The position numbers and the translations under genes are program-made. A stretch of DNA of 64,000 nucleotides, taken from sequence record LR756502.1; one strand, 5' to 3'. Positions 39,869-50,100 of this stretch are shown here, piece by piece. Below the pieces are notes generated by a model. It was not told where the DNA came from and searched no databases. It saw only the letters and a program-made list of their open reading frames with translations. Numbering within the stretch: position 1 is the stretch's first letter; every line of letters begins with the position of its first letter.

Positions 39869-41053
39869 TCAATTTATTATTAGTTGTTTAAATTTTTCTA
39901 TTTCTAATCTCTTTATTTCATCACCCAAAGGCTTACCCTTTAATCCTTGATTCATTAATTCTTGAGCAGAAGTTGTTGGTCTGTATTTGACAAAAGAAAT
40001 ACATTCCTTACCCAAACCAGCAATTGATATCCACTCTTCAATAGACTCATCACTTATTCTGAATGAGTTTCTTTTTGCGTGGTACTCAGCAACCATTTCT
40101 GGTGTGAAATCTTTTAACCAAAGCATAAATGTCACCTCACGAGCAATCGGATGTGCTGCCGTATTTGGAATATTACATTCTTGTATCAATCTATCAACCA
40201 TATCTGAGAACTCAGTAACCTTCTCATCTATAAATAAATTGGATAAGTATAATATCAGTGAACTACACTTAACAATGTTATGATTTATCTTCATACCTGG
40301 AAAAATATATTCCCAAATATCAAATTTGTCAATATATTTCAAGTATAAACTAAAGTCTTTTACTTGTCCGTAAGCCTTGAAGAACTCTTCCCATATACGA
40401 TTCTTTACAATAATTTTCAATTGATCCTTGTTCTTATGAACAGACTTTAATGTTCCTTCTTCAATAGTGTAATCATATCTAGCGGTAAATCTTAAAAGTC
40501 TTAGAATTCTTAAAGGATCTTCCTTAATTCTCATATCTGGGTCACCTACAAATCTTGTTATACCGTTTCTAAGATCCTCCAGTCCATTTACTAAGTCAAT
40601 AATCTTTCTTTGTTCCAAGTCATAGAATAGAGCATTCCATGTTAAGTCACGTCTCTCAACGTCCTTCTCGATTGTGGAAAATTTAGTGGTAGGATTTCTT
40701 GATATACCTAACATATCACCATAAATATCCTCTCTAAAAGTAGCAACCTCCATACCTAATGGTTGATCTTCTGTATAAACAACAACAACGAAGAATGATT
40801 CTCCTTGTACAGTTGTTCTCCATTTCTTACCAATGATTGATAATACCTCATCTGGTGTGGCATCTGTGGCTAAGTCAAAATCTTTTGGCTTATCGTTGTT
40901 TAAAAAATCCCTTACAGAACCACCAACAACGAATAGTTTTTTACCAGCTGATTTAAAAAGAGTATGTAACTCCTTAACGGACTCTGGGATTATATCCCAC
41001 ATATCTTTTGTTTGAATTGATTCCAAGAATTTAGCGTATTTAGTTATTATCAT
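39869..41053 (-). CDS. cca: CCA tRNA nucleotidyltransferase / poly(A) polymerase family
   Basis: VGGSVRD, KDFDLATDA, EVATFRED, RRDLTWNAL, EDPLRILRLLRF. CCA versus poly(A) activity not resolved. Confidence 0.85.
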   Translation of the reverse strand: MIITKYAKFLESIQTKDMWDIIPESVKELHTLFKSAGKKLFVVGGSVRDFLNNDKPKDFDLATDATPDEVLSIIGKKWRTTVQGESFFVVVVYTEDQPLGMEVATFREDIYGDMLGISRNPTTKFSTIEKDVERRDLTWNALFYDLEQRKIIDLVNGLEDLRNGITRFVGDPDMRIKEDPLRILRLLRFTARYDYTIEEGTLKSVHKNKDQLKIIVKNRIWEEFFKAYGQVKDFSLYLKYIDKFDIWEYIFPGMKINHNIVKCSSLILYLSNLFIDEKVTEFSDMVDRLIQECNIPNTAAHPIAREVTFMLWLKDFTPEMVAEYHAKRNSFRISDESIEEWISIAGLGKECISFVKYRPTTSAQELMNQGLKGKPLGDEIKRLEIEKFKQLIIN

Positions 41054-41073
41054 GCTAATATATGGACTTTTTA

Positions 41074-41883
41074 TTATAAAATCTCTTTAAATAGGTGATT
41101 TGTTCGTGTTCTATTTACAGCTGAGGCAAAATGATCCATATCTAGTCCAAATTCACTTGACAGGCCAGATATATTACAAACCTCAGACTCTATCTGATCA
41201 TGCAGTGTGCCTCCGAGACCCGTTGGGTAATCACTTCCTTTAAAAATATCAAATAGCAATTTTTTAAATCTACCAGCTGAATTTCTATCGGCTATTGTAA
41301 CTCTTCCATATTCTTCATCTTGATCCATATCGATGCTACCGATAGTTATTTTATCACCGTCTGTACAAATTGGAAAGTATATCCAATTAGTATAGAATCC
41401 ACCATAGAAATCATCAAATCCAATATTATTTTCCTTAAACTTATTAAGGCAATTATTTAATGATTCCTCATTGACTGGTATAATACAAAGTGAGAAACTA
41501 AGATTTGTATCTATATTAGATTCTATATCGAATGACCCATCATTGTCTTTGTATTCATGTAAATTATCTAAAAACATACTAGGCTCGAAGTTTATCTTCA
41601 CATAGAATTCATCTGTTAGTATATTTAGTATATGTTGTCCATCCTTTGATTTTTTGGTTATATTAAATCTAAATTTACCATATTTTGAATAATTATTAAT
41701 ATTTTTTTTCCAACTACTAATGCCTTTTTCATGAGTATCTATCTTCTCTTGCTCCTCCTTCTTTATTATAAAATCATCAATATTCTTTGACCTTCTAACA
41801 TGACCGAGTGCCTTAAGCTTCGTAGATGCACTTTTATATGTATATTTATTTAATTCCTCGTTAAATCTTTTTAAGTGTTTCAT
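41074..41883 (-). CDS. Tagged protein, tandem paralog A
   Basis: MKHLKRFNEELN; similar along its length to 41895..42668. Confidence 0.75.
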   Translation of the reverse strand: MKHLKRFNEELNKYTYKSASTKLKALGHVRRSKNIDDFIIKKEEQEKIDTHEKGISSWKKNINNYSKYGKFRFNITKKSKDGQHILNILTDEFYVKINFEPSMFLDNLHEYKDNDGSFDIESNIDTNLSFSLCIIPVNEESLNNCLNKFKENNIGFDDFYGGFYTNWIYFPICTDGDKITIGSIDMDQDEEYGRVTIADRNSAGRFKKLLFDIFKGSDYPTGLGGTLHDQIESEVCNISGLSSEFGLDMDHFASAVNRTRTNHLFKEIL

Positions 41884-41894
41884 AATTATTTATA

Positions 41895-42668
41895 TTATTC
41901 TATATATCCTGGAAAGTCACCAACATGTGTTTTATTTATGTAGTCAGCAAGATCTTTTAATTCAAATCCATAATCACCAGACATTCCAGCCTCAGCAAGT
42001 ATAACACTTTCAAGATATTCATGCATATCAGGTATGTTTGTCATTGAGCTTGGGTATCTTACCTCATTCATTAATATTGATTTTAGTAAATTTCTAACCT
42101 TCATTGCACTTCTTCTATCTGCGAATTTACAGATACCAGTTAGATTTGGATCGTATTCATCATGACGTGATCCAGTGAACTCAATTCTACCATTTACTAT
42201 TTTGATACCAAATCCAAGAAAACCAGCCCAGTATGATCCATTACCAAACTCTGCACAAGGAAGTATTTCTTCAAGCTTAGCAATTTGTTCTTCACTTGTA
42301 GGTACTATTGTGTACATAAATGGGAAACTATTTGATACTTCAAAGTTATCTTTATCCTTTGCCTTTTGTTTCTCAAACAAAAAGTTATCCAAGAATCCAA
42401 GTTCTTCAAATATAAATTCAATATAGAAGTCGTCAGTAGTTAATACTTCACCATTTTCATCTGATATTTGTATTTTGAATGTTCCGAACTTCTTAACCTC
42501 TTCTACATTCTTTCTCCACTTTTCTAGATTCTCTTTGTTTTCAACCTTACCACTCCATTCAGATAAAGCACTTGCTCTTTTCTGCATCCCCTTCTTAGCC
42601 AATTTACGTGAGGCGCTCATATAAGTAGATGAGTCTAATTCCTCGTTAAATCTTTTTAAGTGTTTCAT
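41895..42668 (-). CDS. Tagged protein, tandem paralog B
   Basis: MKHLKRFNEELD; TAATATATA at 42674. Confidence 0.75.
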   Translation of the reverse strand: MKHLKRFNEELDSSTYMSASRKLAKKGMQKRASALSEWSGKVENKENLEKWRKNVEEVKKFGTFKIQISDENGEVLTTDDFYIEFIFEELGFLDNFLFEKQKAKDKDNFEVSNSFPFMYTIVPTSEEQIAKLEEILPCAEFGNGSYWAGFLGFGIKIVNGRIEFTGSRHDEYDPNLTGICKFADRRSAMKVRNLLKSILMNEVRYPSSMTNIPDMHEYLESVILAEAGMSGDYGFELKDLADYINKTHVGDFPGYIE

Positions 42669-42701
42669 GTCTTTATATATTAAAAAAATAATATATAACT
42701 G

Positions 42702-42941
42702 ATGAAATGGATAAAATTATTTGAGGACTTTAAGGTTAAAAATATAACACAGGAAGATATTATAAATTGTATAAAAAAGGGTGGAGTTATATATGCGACA
42801 ATTATTAAGAATCTACCTGATAATGATCCAAAAGAACCATTGAAACCAGTAAGTATAGATGAGGATGGTCTTGTAACAATTGAGTATGGTGGTAGAGAAT
42901 ACGAAATAGATATTAAAGATGTTGAAAAAGTTGAAGACTAA
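42702..42941 (+). CDS. Small tagged protein
   Basis: MKWIKLFEDF; TAATATATA at 42689. Confidence 0.7.
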   Translation: MKWIKLFEDFKVKNITQEDIINCIKKGGVIYATIIKNLPDNDPKEPLKPVSIDEDGLVTIEYGGREYEIDIKDVEKVED

Positions 42942-44322
42942 ATATATTGATTTCATAAGTGAGTCATTATATACAAAGGACATTGATTTACTATTAAAGG
43001 ATATTTCAAAAAATAGTCCAGTTGCTTCACTATTGTCTTTTCTTTCACATAGCGATATATACAAGGATGAGAATACGGTTAACTTCTTGTCGTTATCTAA
43101 TACGATTAATACACTTAATTATATCCCAACTAATAGAAGGGGTTTAACTAACAATACAATCTGGGACTCTACTGGTCTGGTTGAGATGAGAATAGGTAGG
43201 GTTGTTAAGAAGATACTATCAGATATTGATAAGTCTAAATTTACCTTTACCTACAAGGGTAAGATTTCATATGAAAATGGCACCTTTTGGAATGGCCGTA
43301 TTTCGAGTCCTGTAATATCATTCTCAAATAATTTAACCGGTGATGATTTTGCAAAAATGATTGAATCTGATGATAATCCTCCAATATCTAACGATGCTGT
43401 TGGTGTGAATACATATGTTAATATTAAATTAACTGGTGAGAATGTACTATCTGATGATGGATTTATAAAAACTCCGAATAGGTCATATAACTTAAAAATA
43501 GATAAATTCTATGATATGTGTTATAAAAATACTTGGTCTAGTTCTGATGTGTATTTTAAAATGACTTTATCTGATAAGCTAGAAATAGATGACGGTGTTT
43601 ACGAATGTGAGTTGGTATTTTCAACAAAATTCTGCGGAAAGGAAATAGATGAGATTAATGATGCTGAGATTGAAAAGTTTGTTAATACTATGTCTGCTGA
43701 GATAAAAATGCTTAGGTCTAGCGATGACTCTAAAATAGAAGTTGTTAATGGTGAAGATATTAGAAAGTGGTATAATTCCGAAAACTACCAATCTAAGTAC
43801 GGCCAACTTGGATCCTCTTGTATGTCATATGCAGATTGTCAAAATTTCTTTGATATTTATACCAATAATCCCGATGTTATATCACTCTTAATTCTTAAAA
43901 ATACAGAAGGTAAGTTGATTGGTAGAGCATTACTTTGGAAGCTAATTGGTGGTGAGTTTTTCATGGATAGAGTATATTGTGCGACTGAGTATGATGAGAT
44001 AATATTTACTAAGTACGCTAAAGAAAATGGGTATTATTACCGCAAAAATGGTGGTAACTCTGATATAAAGTTCTTATTTAATGATGTTGATGTTTCTGAG
44101 ACTTTTAGTTCAAAGTTAATTGCTAACCTATCAACTGGTGGTGTGGACTTTGATTATTATCCATATCTTGATACATTGAAAAGGTTGGATCTTAATAAGA
44201 AAATGCTTTTCTATAGAGGTAATACTAATCTTCGTGAAGATAAAGAGCTTACCGATACCGAGGGTAGATGGGCTAATTATGATGATGGTGATGATTATAA
44301 CGACTATGACGATGACTATTAG
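42919..44322 (+). CDS. SCM...GRALLW...MDRVY...YPYLDT family protein, paralog of 8096..9520, with tag-like KYIDFISES
   Basis: Shared motif blocks. Confidence 0.75.
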   Translation: MLKKLKTKYIDFISESLYTKDIDLLLKDISKNSPVASLLSFLSHSDIYKDENTVNFLSLSNTINTLNYIPTNRRGLTNNTIWDSTGLVEMRIGRVVKKILSDIDKSKFTFTYKGKISYENGTFWNGRISSPVISFSNNLTGDDFAKMIESDDNPPISNDAVGVNTYVNIKLTGENVLSDDGFIKTPNRSYNLKIDKFYDMCYKNTWSSSDVYFKMTLSDKLEIDDGVYECELVFSTKFCGKEIDEINDAEIEKFVNTMSAEIKMLRSSDDSKIEVVNGEDIRKWYNSENYQSKYGQLGSSCMSYADCQNFFDIYTNNPDVISLLILKNTEGKLIGRALLWKLIGGEFFMDRVYCATEYDEIIFTKYAKENGYYYRKNGGNSDIKFLFNDVDVSETFSSKLIANLSTGGVDFDYYPYLDTLKRLDLNKKMLFYRGNTNLREDKELTDTEGRWANYDDGDDYNDYDDDY

Positions 44323-44353
44323 GCCCATAGTGGATGACCATCTTTAAAATAGA

Positions 44354-44381
44354 AAAGACCCAGTAATTCTACTGGGTCTTT
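44354..44381. terminator. Bidirectional intrinsic terminator
   Basis: AAAGACCCAGTA-attc-TACTGGGTCTTT. Confidence 0.85.
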
Positions 44382-44401
44382 GTTTTATTTTTACAAACAG
44401 T

Positions 44402-45862
44402 TTACTCTGTTTTCTCGACCATAATTTGCTTAACCTTGCCATTTGATTTAGTAATTGGTACCTTAACTCCAATTGAAATCATAAGAACTCTCCCCTTTAT
44501 CTTAGATAAGTCAAGCGAATCGCAATATCCGTCAGTGAGGACAACAGTATTGAAATCATTAAACTGGTCAGCTACTAGGTTAATAGCTGGTTGAAGAATG
44601 GTACCACCCAACCCCTTAATTGGAATAGTCTCAAGCTTACGTTTGCTTTTGATTCGTTGAATCCACTTAACCTCTGTATCAGCTTCGATTAAGTTTACCT
44701 CAATGTCATTTCGGTAAATGTATGACAATACCTTTTCAAAAGTACCACCCATTGAACCAGATGTATCAAGAATAGCGTTAATGGTGGTCTTAACCTTTCG
44801 GTTACCTTTAAGGCCAGAAATCTGTCTACGATTTGGTTTAACAATAGTTTTCTGTTTTATAGTACCAAAAATCATATTTGATACTGCTCGTTTTATTTCA
44901 CGTAGGTAATCTTTACGCTTCTTACGAAGTTTGTTGATGGTTGTCTCAACATTACCAGCGGATAGACCACGAGCGGCTAAACGCTCCATAACGTCTTTAA
45001 CCATAGCTTCACGCATTTCTTCGGGAACTTCATCACCGATGTGCTTATCCATGTATTCACCAGTTCCATTCTCTATGTCTTGAAAGATTTGCTCTTTTGA
45101 CCAAGTATCCATAGACTCACCATCTTTAGATGGATTTTTACCATAAGGTCCGTATGATGGTTTACCACTTGAGTCATTAGCTCCTTCATTGCCTGTACCT
45201 TGACAATCTGGACAAGGATCCCCTTTACCTTCTCCTTTACCCTCGCCTTTACCTGGTTTGTCTCCAGGTTTGTCTCCAGGTTGGCCTTCGCCTTTACCAT
45301 CTTTTGGTTGACCTTTATCGTCTTTCTTACCAGACCCATTACAAGACTTACATTGTTTATTCTGCTTGTTTTGCTTATCCCACTTCTCTTTCTCGTCCTT
45401 CAACCACTCATAAAGCTCCTCGAAGATTAGCTTACCTGTGTAGTCTTTTGGAATGAATAGTGCCATATTCTTACCATTTTTATCCTTAGGAATTTCAACA
45501 AATAAATGCGGAATATCCTCCCAAATAACATGGTTGATAATCATGTCTTGTGCGATGTTAGACATTTTATGGTCATACTGACCACTAACAGTACGTTTTG
45601 GGTGATTGAATAGTAAGTGGAAATCCTCGTGAAGAGTGATAAAGTTTACTTCCTTCTGAGACATGTCAGCAAGGAATGTTGGTGAGTAGAAGAAATTCAT
45701 ACCCTTTGCAGTTACGTTAACTCCACAAGTTCCAATTGAGTCTTGCTCGTGGAAGTTTATATGAAGATTAAATTCTCCATAGTATGGGAGATTAACCTTC
45801 GTATCAATTAACATCGTCTGAATACCATTAAGTAATTTTTCGTGTACGTTCTTAACAATCAT
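44402..45862 (-). CDS. Metallopeptidase-like + VWA domain protein (DUF2201-like, MoxR partner)
   Basis: LHEDFHL (HExxH), ILDTSGSM (MIDAS), GGT, VLTDG; CKSC/CPDC around GDKPG repeats. Confidence 0.85.
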   Translation of the reverse strand: MIVKNVHEKLLNGIQTMLIDTKVNLPYYGEFNLHINFHEQDSIGTCGVNVTAKGMNFFYSPTFLADMSQKEVNFITLHEDFHLLFNHPKRTVSGQYDHKMSNIAQDMIINHVIWEDIPHLFVEIPKDKNGKNMALFIPKDYTGKLIFEELYEWLKDEKEKWDKQNKQNKQCKSCNGSGKKDDKGQPKDGKGEGQPGDKPGDKPGKGEGKGEGKGDPCPDCQGTGNEGANDSSGKPSYGPYGKNPSKDGESMDTWSKEQIFQDIENGTGEYMDKHIGDEVPEEMREAMVKDVMERLAARGLSAGNVETTINKLRKKRKDYLREIKRAVSNMIFGTIKQKTIVKPNRRQISGLKGNRKVKTTINAILDTSGSMGGTFEKVLSYIYRNDIEVNLIEADTEVKWIQRIKSKRKLETIPIKGLGGTILQPAINLVADQFNDFNTVVLTDGYCDSLDLSKIKGRVLMISIGVKVPITKSNGKVKQIMVEKTE

Positions 45863-45992
45863 GTTATATATATTAAGTATTTATTATATGTTTTACAAAT
45901 ATACATAAAAAAGTTTAATCTACAAAATTTATCTATTTCCCTTAATAGGGAGAGATTAACTTTTAATATATAAAACAAATATAACAATAATT

Positions 45993-47672
45993 ATGATATT
46001 GGACAAGCAAATTAAAATAAAAATAACAAAGAAAAATATAGACCACTACTCAACTAATTATGATAGTATAAATTTAAAAGACATTATCTTGGTTAGTGCA
46101 TCACATCTACAACCAAGTAGCAATATAAAAATTAATGTTTCCTGTGATATTTGTGATATACACAGATATATAAAATATCAGGCATATAATAAAAATATAA
46201 ACTCTTGTAAGGAGTATCCAATTTACACCTGTGATAAGTGTTCACATATTAAATTAAAATCCTACAATAGGGAGCATTATGGTGTTGAATATTATTCAAA
46301 AACTAATGAGTATAAGGAAAAAGTACTCACCACTAATAAAGATAAGTATGGAGCAGATCATTATTCAAAGACAATTGAATATAAAGAAAGGGTAGCGAGG
46401 ACAAATTTGGAAAAATTTGGAGTTGAGAATCCATTTATGGATAAGGAAAGGATAAAGAAGATTTTTAATGACAAGTATGGAGTAGATCACCCATCACAAG
46501 TTGAGGAGTTTAGAGAAAAGATAGACAAAACGAATCTTGAGAGGTATGGTCTTAAAAGTCCACTTGGATCAATACCTATAAGAGAAAAGATAGACAGAAC
46601 AAATGACATAAGATATGGTGGACATCCAATGAAAAATGATGAGGTTCGATATATTAATTCTATAATTGCTAGAGATAAAGATTGTGTATCATATGATGGT
46701 GATAATATATCAACATTTAAGTGTGATGCTGGTCATACCTTTAAAATATCATCTGAGACTTATCACAACAGAATTAGAGGATATCTACCACTATGTACAA
46801 TATGCTACCCAATTGGTGAGAATGTATCAATAAAAGAAATAGAACTTCTAAAGTTTGTAGAATCTATATATCATGATAATGTAATTAAATCATATAGAGA
46901 TGGATTGGAAATCGATATCTATCTACCAGATCTAAAAATCGGATTTGAATTTAACGGGTTGTATTGGCATTCTAGTCAATATAAAGGCAAGAATTATCAC
47001 ATAGATAAGACTAAATATTTTGCTGACAGAGGTATCCGAATAATACATATATGGGAAGATGATTGGTCATTAAAAAGTGATATCATTAAAAGTCAGATAA
47101 GTAACTGGGTCGGAGAGTCTGAAAATAAAATATACGCTAGAAAGTGTGAAATAAGAGAAATATCAGATAAAAAACAAGTAAGAGAATTCCTAAATGAGAA
47201 CCACATACAAGGGTATACCAATAGTGTTAAAAGGATAGGATTATTTCATAATAATGTATTAGTAAGCCTTATGACATTTGATAAATTTGAAGGAAGGAAA
47301 AAAATGGGAGAAAGTGAATGGAATTTGAATAGATTTTGTAATAAAATAAATACATCTGTTATTGGTGGTGCTAGTAGGTTATTTAGATATTTCATGAACT
47401 CTGAATTACCGGAAAGAATAGTTAGTTATGCTGATATGGATTGGTCAATTGGTGGTATATATGATACATTGGGATTTTCCAAAATATCAGAATCTAAACC
47501 AGATTATAAATATATTATTGATAATAAGAGAGTGCATAAATCAGGGTATAGAAAGTCAAAATTAAATACAAATCTTTCTGAGTCAAAATTTATGGAGTCA
47601 ATTGGAGTAAATAAAATCTATGATTGTGGTAAAATTAAATTTGAAATTAGACAAAATAAAAAATCCTCTTAA
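45993..47672 (+). CDS. Putative homing endonuclease (repeated N-terminal DNA-binding modules + PD-(D/E)XK/Vsr-like domain + C-terminal domain)
   Basis: KYGxxxxx repeats; EIDIYLPDLKIGFEFNGLYWHS, IHIWEDDW, IYARKC, YDCG. Confidence 0.7.
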   Translation: MILDKQIKIKITKKNIDHYSTNYDSINLKDIILVSASHLQPSSNIKINVSCDICDIHRYIKYQAYNKNINSCKEYPIYTCDKCSHIKLKSYNREHYGVEYYSKTNEYKEKVLTTNKDKYGADHYSKTIEYKERVARTNLEKFGVENPFMDKERIKKIFNDKYGVDHPSQVEEFREKIDKTNLERYGLKSPLGSIPIREKIDRTNDIRYGGHPMKNDEVRYINSIIARDKDCVSYDGDNISTFKCDAGHTFKISSETYHNRIRGYLPLCTICYPIGENVSIKEIELLKFVESIYHDNVIKSYRDGLEIDIYLPDLKIGFEFNGLYWHSSQYKGKNYHIDKTKYFADRGIRIIHIWEDDWSLKSDIIKSQISNWVGESENKIYARKCEIREISDKKQVREFLNENHIQGYTNSVKRIGLFHNNVLVSLMTFDKFEGRKKMGESEWNLNRFCNKINTSVIGGASRLFRYFMNSELPERIVSYADMDWSIGGIYDTLGFSKISESKPDYKYIIDNKRVHKSGYRKSKLNTNLSESKFMESIGVNKIYDCGKIKFEIRQNKKSS

Positions 47673-47685
47673 CTAAGAGGATTTT
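47660..47685. terminator. Bidirectional intrinsic terminator
   Basis: AAAATCCTCTTA-ac-TAAGAGGATTTT. Confidence 0.8.
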
Positions 47686-48178
47686 TGTTTTGTCTGGTTC
47701 TGTTTATGTTCAAGATACTTCTCCTCTGTCTATTTATCTCTCTAGTTTGTTCGTTTAATAATCTATCTAAATCATCACCTATCATAGACCTCTTAGCACT
47801 TTCTGTTTCTCTCATCCTTCTACCCAATTCTACATCAAAGTAGTCACAAACATCACTAGAATGCTTTATTGGTATGTGTATCTCAAATACGCTTTTCCTT
47901 TCAATTGTTATATCCATTATGGTCATAATGAAGTCATTACTACCACTTGGTTTGAATATTAGGAAAAGATTACCCTTTTCCAATTGTCTTATACCCATAC
48001 TATTATATGCTAGTTTGGTATCTTTATCCCTTAGACAGAGTTTCCATAGTCTGATAGCCTTCTCTTCAAATTGAGTTAGTTTATTGCCCTCTGGGCCTAT
48101 CTTACTATCGATTCTAGCTCTCCATCTTCGCCACTTTATAATGAATCTCTTTAGTCTATAATTTAGTTTATATGACAT
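47669..48178 (-). CDS. Hypothetical protein
   Basis: ORF track. Confidence 0.65.
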   Translation of the reverse strand: MSYKLNYRLKRFIIKWRRWRARIDSKIGPEGNKLTQFEEKAIRLWKLCLRDKDTKLAYNSMGIRQLEKGNLFLIFKPSGSNDFIMTIMDITIERKSVFEIHIPIKHSSDVCDYFDVELGRRMRETESAKRSMIGDDLDRLLNEQTREINRQRRSILNINRTRQNKNPLS

Positions 48179-48187
48179 CTAGGTAAA

Positions 48188-50056
48188 TTATTTTTTGTTT
48201 TCATCTAATATTGTTGATATCTTACCATCTCTTAATATAGAGGTTAAATCATCTTCACTATTAACTTCAATTGCATTTGATCCAACTGGTAAATCTAAAA
48301 TAACATTAAGGTAGCTTCCATCGAAACTATCAATCTGATGTTGTATATAGCTATTAGTATCAAATTCATAGTCTGATTTCCCATTATCATCCATAACACC
48401 TAATCTAATTTCACCTGAGAAATTCTTTAATATAACAAGTCCAGCAGACTCTCCTATCTCAAAATCATCATCCTCTTCCATCTTCTTCTTCATTTCCAAG
48501 AACTCTTGGATTCCAAGTATAGTAACAAACCCATCAGATTCAACACTAAATGATTTTTTACCACCAATGTTTATATCAAATCCGGTATAGTCATCTGTTA
48601 TTGAAAAAGAAAAAGGTCTTGATTCTAAAACTCCATGAAACAGTGCGGTAGTACCAATGATCACAATATCTTGTGGTGTATCAATTGTTTTAAGAAGTTT
48701 TGTCTTAAACTCATCTTTTTTGGTTTCGATAATTTCAATTCCATCCTCTCCAAATTTCACTCCTTCACCTAAACCTAATTCTTTAACCATTCCCTCAATC
48801 GCACTTTTATACTTATCTACCTCTTGATGTGAACAACCATCATCACAGACGTGTTCTTTAACCTCTTCTTTGCTTTCATAAGAGTTAGATCCAGAAATCT
48901 TATTGAATTCTGGGTCTTGTTCAAATCCTTTGCGGATCATCTTACCTGTTAATTGGTGCCAGTTAAGTTCACCACGATATTCAAATTCATTAGAATCTGT
49001 CATTGTTATTTTACCAATAGGATCAATTGAGTGAATCTTTTCCAAGATATCAGAATCCATAGAATCTAATTTCTTATCATTCTCTCCCTTCTTGCCAATT
49101 TTTATTTTATAAAACCCACCTGTTAAGTACTTAAACAAAACATCTTTCTTTAAGTTCATTAGGTCAGCTATTTTATCAGCAATTTCTTTTGTTGAATCAT
49201 CTACTCCTGTTTCATTCTTTTGTTCTTCTGTTACAAAGAAAACGTATCCATTTGCCTCATCACCAGGTGATAGTGATTCAAGTCTTGTATTTAGAACTTT
49301 CAATTCATCACTGGATGATTTTATCTTAGCCTCAGCGTGAGATATTTCAACTTTAGCTTTTCTAATCTCACTCTCTTTATCTTCTAGTCTGTCTTTTAAC
49401 TCGTTGATTTTATCATCATTCATTCTTTTGAATGATTCTTCCATCATTGTTTTTGCTGACTTTTCCTCTACTGTGGTTGATTCTCCCTCAAACTCACGCT
49501 TTAATTCCTCATCTGTCTCAGAGGAGAATAAAATATTTGCAACTGATTCTTCTTCTTTGTTGGAAAGAAGTTCATCAAGGAAACTAAGTCCTTTTTCTGA
49601 TATTTCTTTTGTATTATCCATTTCGTCAAATAATGATTTTAGTTTATCAATAGGTTTTTTTTCTTCAACTTCTAAGTAGCATCTACCACCATTTTTATCA
49701 GCAAACTCGAGATCATTTACAACGAATTTCTGAGCATATCCAGTAACATCCATTGATGTTATATCATCGATAAGACGTTTTCGGTATGCGTAATCAGTAA
49801 CGTTTGTATCAACCTCTTCAAATTTAATTGTTCCTTCATCACATATAGTTACCTTAAAGATAACATTATCTAAACCAAGTCCAGATAATTTCTCTCCTTT
49901 AATAAAGGCAATGTCTGATAGAATCCTAATTCTTTTCCCGTTAATAGCAGAAACAAAGTTTAAGAACTTTCTCTTAGGTTTAAAATCACCAATGATTAAT
50001 TCCTTAACTTCTACTTGATTTTGTTCTGTTGTGTTATCTAATGTATTATCTGTCAT
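48188..50056 (-). CDS. Large acidic coiled-coil protein, C-terminal RDGKISTIL tag
   Basis: 622 aa; sigma-A promoter at 50087. Confidence 0.75.
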   Translation of the reverse strand: MTDNTLDNTTEQNQVEVKELIIGDFKPKRKFLNFVSAINGKRIRILSDIAFIKGEKLSGLGLDNVIFKVTICDEGTIKFEEVDTNVTDYAYRKRLIDDITSMDVTGYAQKFVVNDLEFADKNGGRCYLEVEEKKPIDKLKSLFDEMDNTKEISEKGLSFLDELLSNKEEESVANILFSSETDEELKREFEGESTTVEEKSAKTMMEESFKRMNDDKINELKDRLEDKESEIRKAKVEISHAEAKIKSSSDELKVLNTRLESLSPGDEANGYVFFVTEEQKNETGVDDSTKEIADKIADLMNLKKDVLFKYLTGGFYKIKIGKKGENDKKLDSMDSDILEKIHSIDPIGKITMTDSNEFEYRGELNWHQLTGKMIRKGFEQDPEFNKISGSNSYESKEEVKEHVCDDGCSHQEVDKYKSAIEGMVKELGLGEGVKFGEDGIEIIETKKDEFKTKLLKTIDTPQDIVIIGTTALFHGVLESRPFSFSITDDYTGFDINIGGKKSFSVESDGFVTILGIQEFLEMKKKMEEDDDFEIGESAGLVILKNFSGEIRLGVMDDNGKSDYEFDTNSYIQHQIDSFDGSYLNVILDLPVGSNAIEVNSEDDLTSILRDGKISTILDENKK

Positions 50057-50100
50057 ATATTTTTCTATTAAAACTTGTTTATTTTACAAATATAGTGAAT

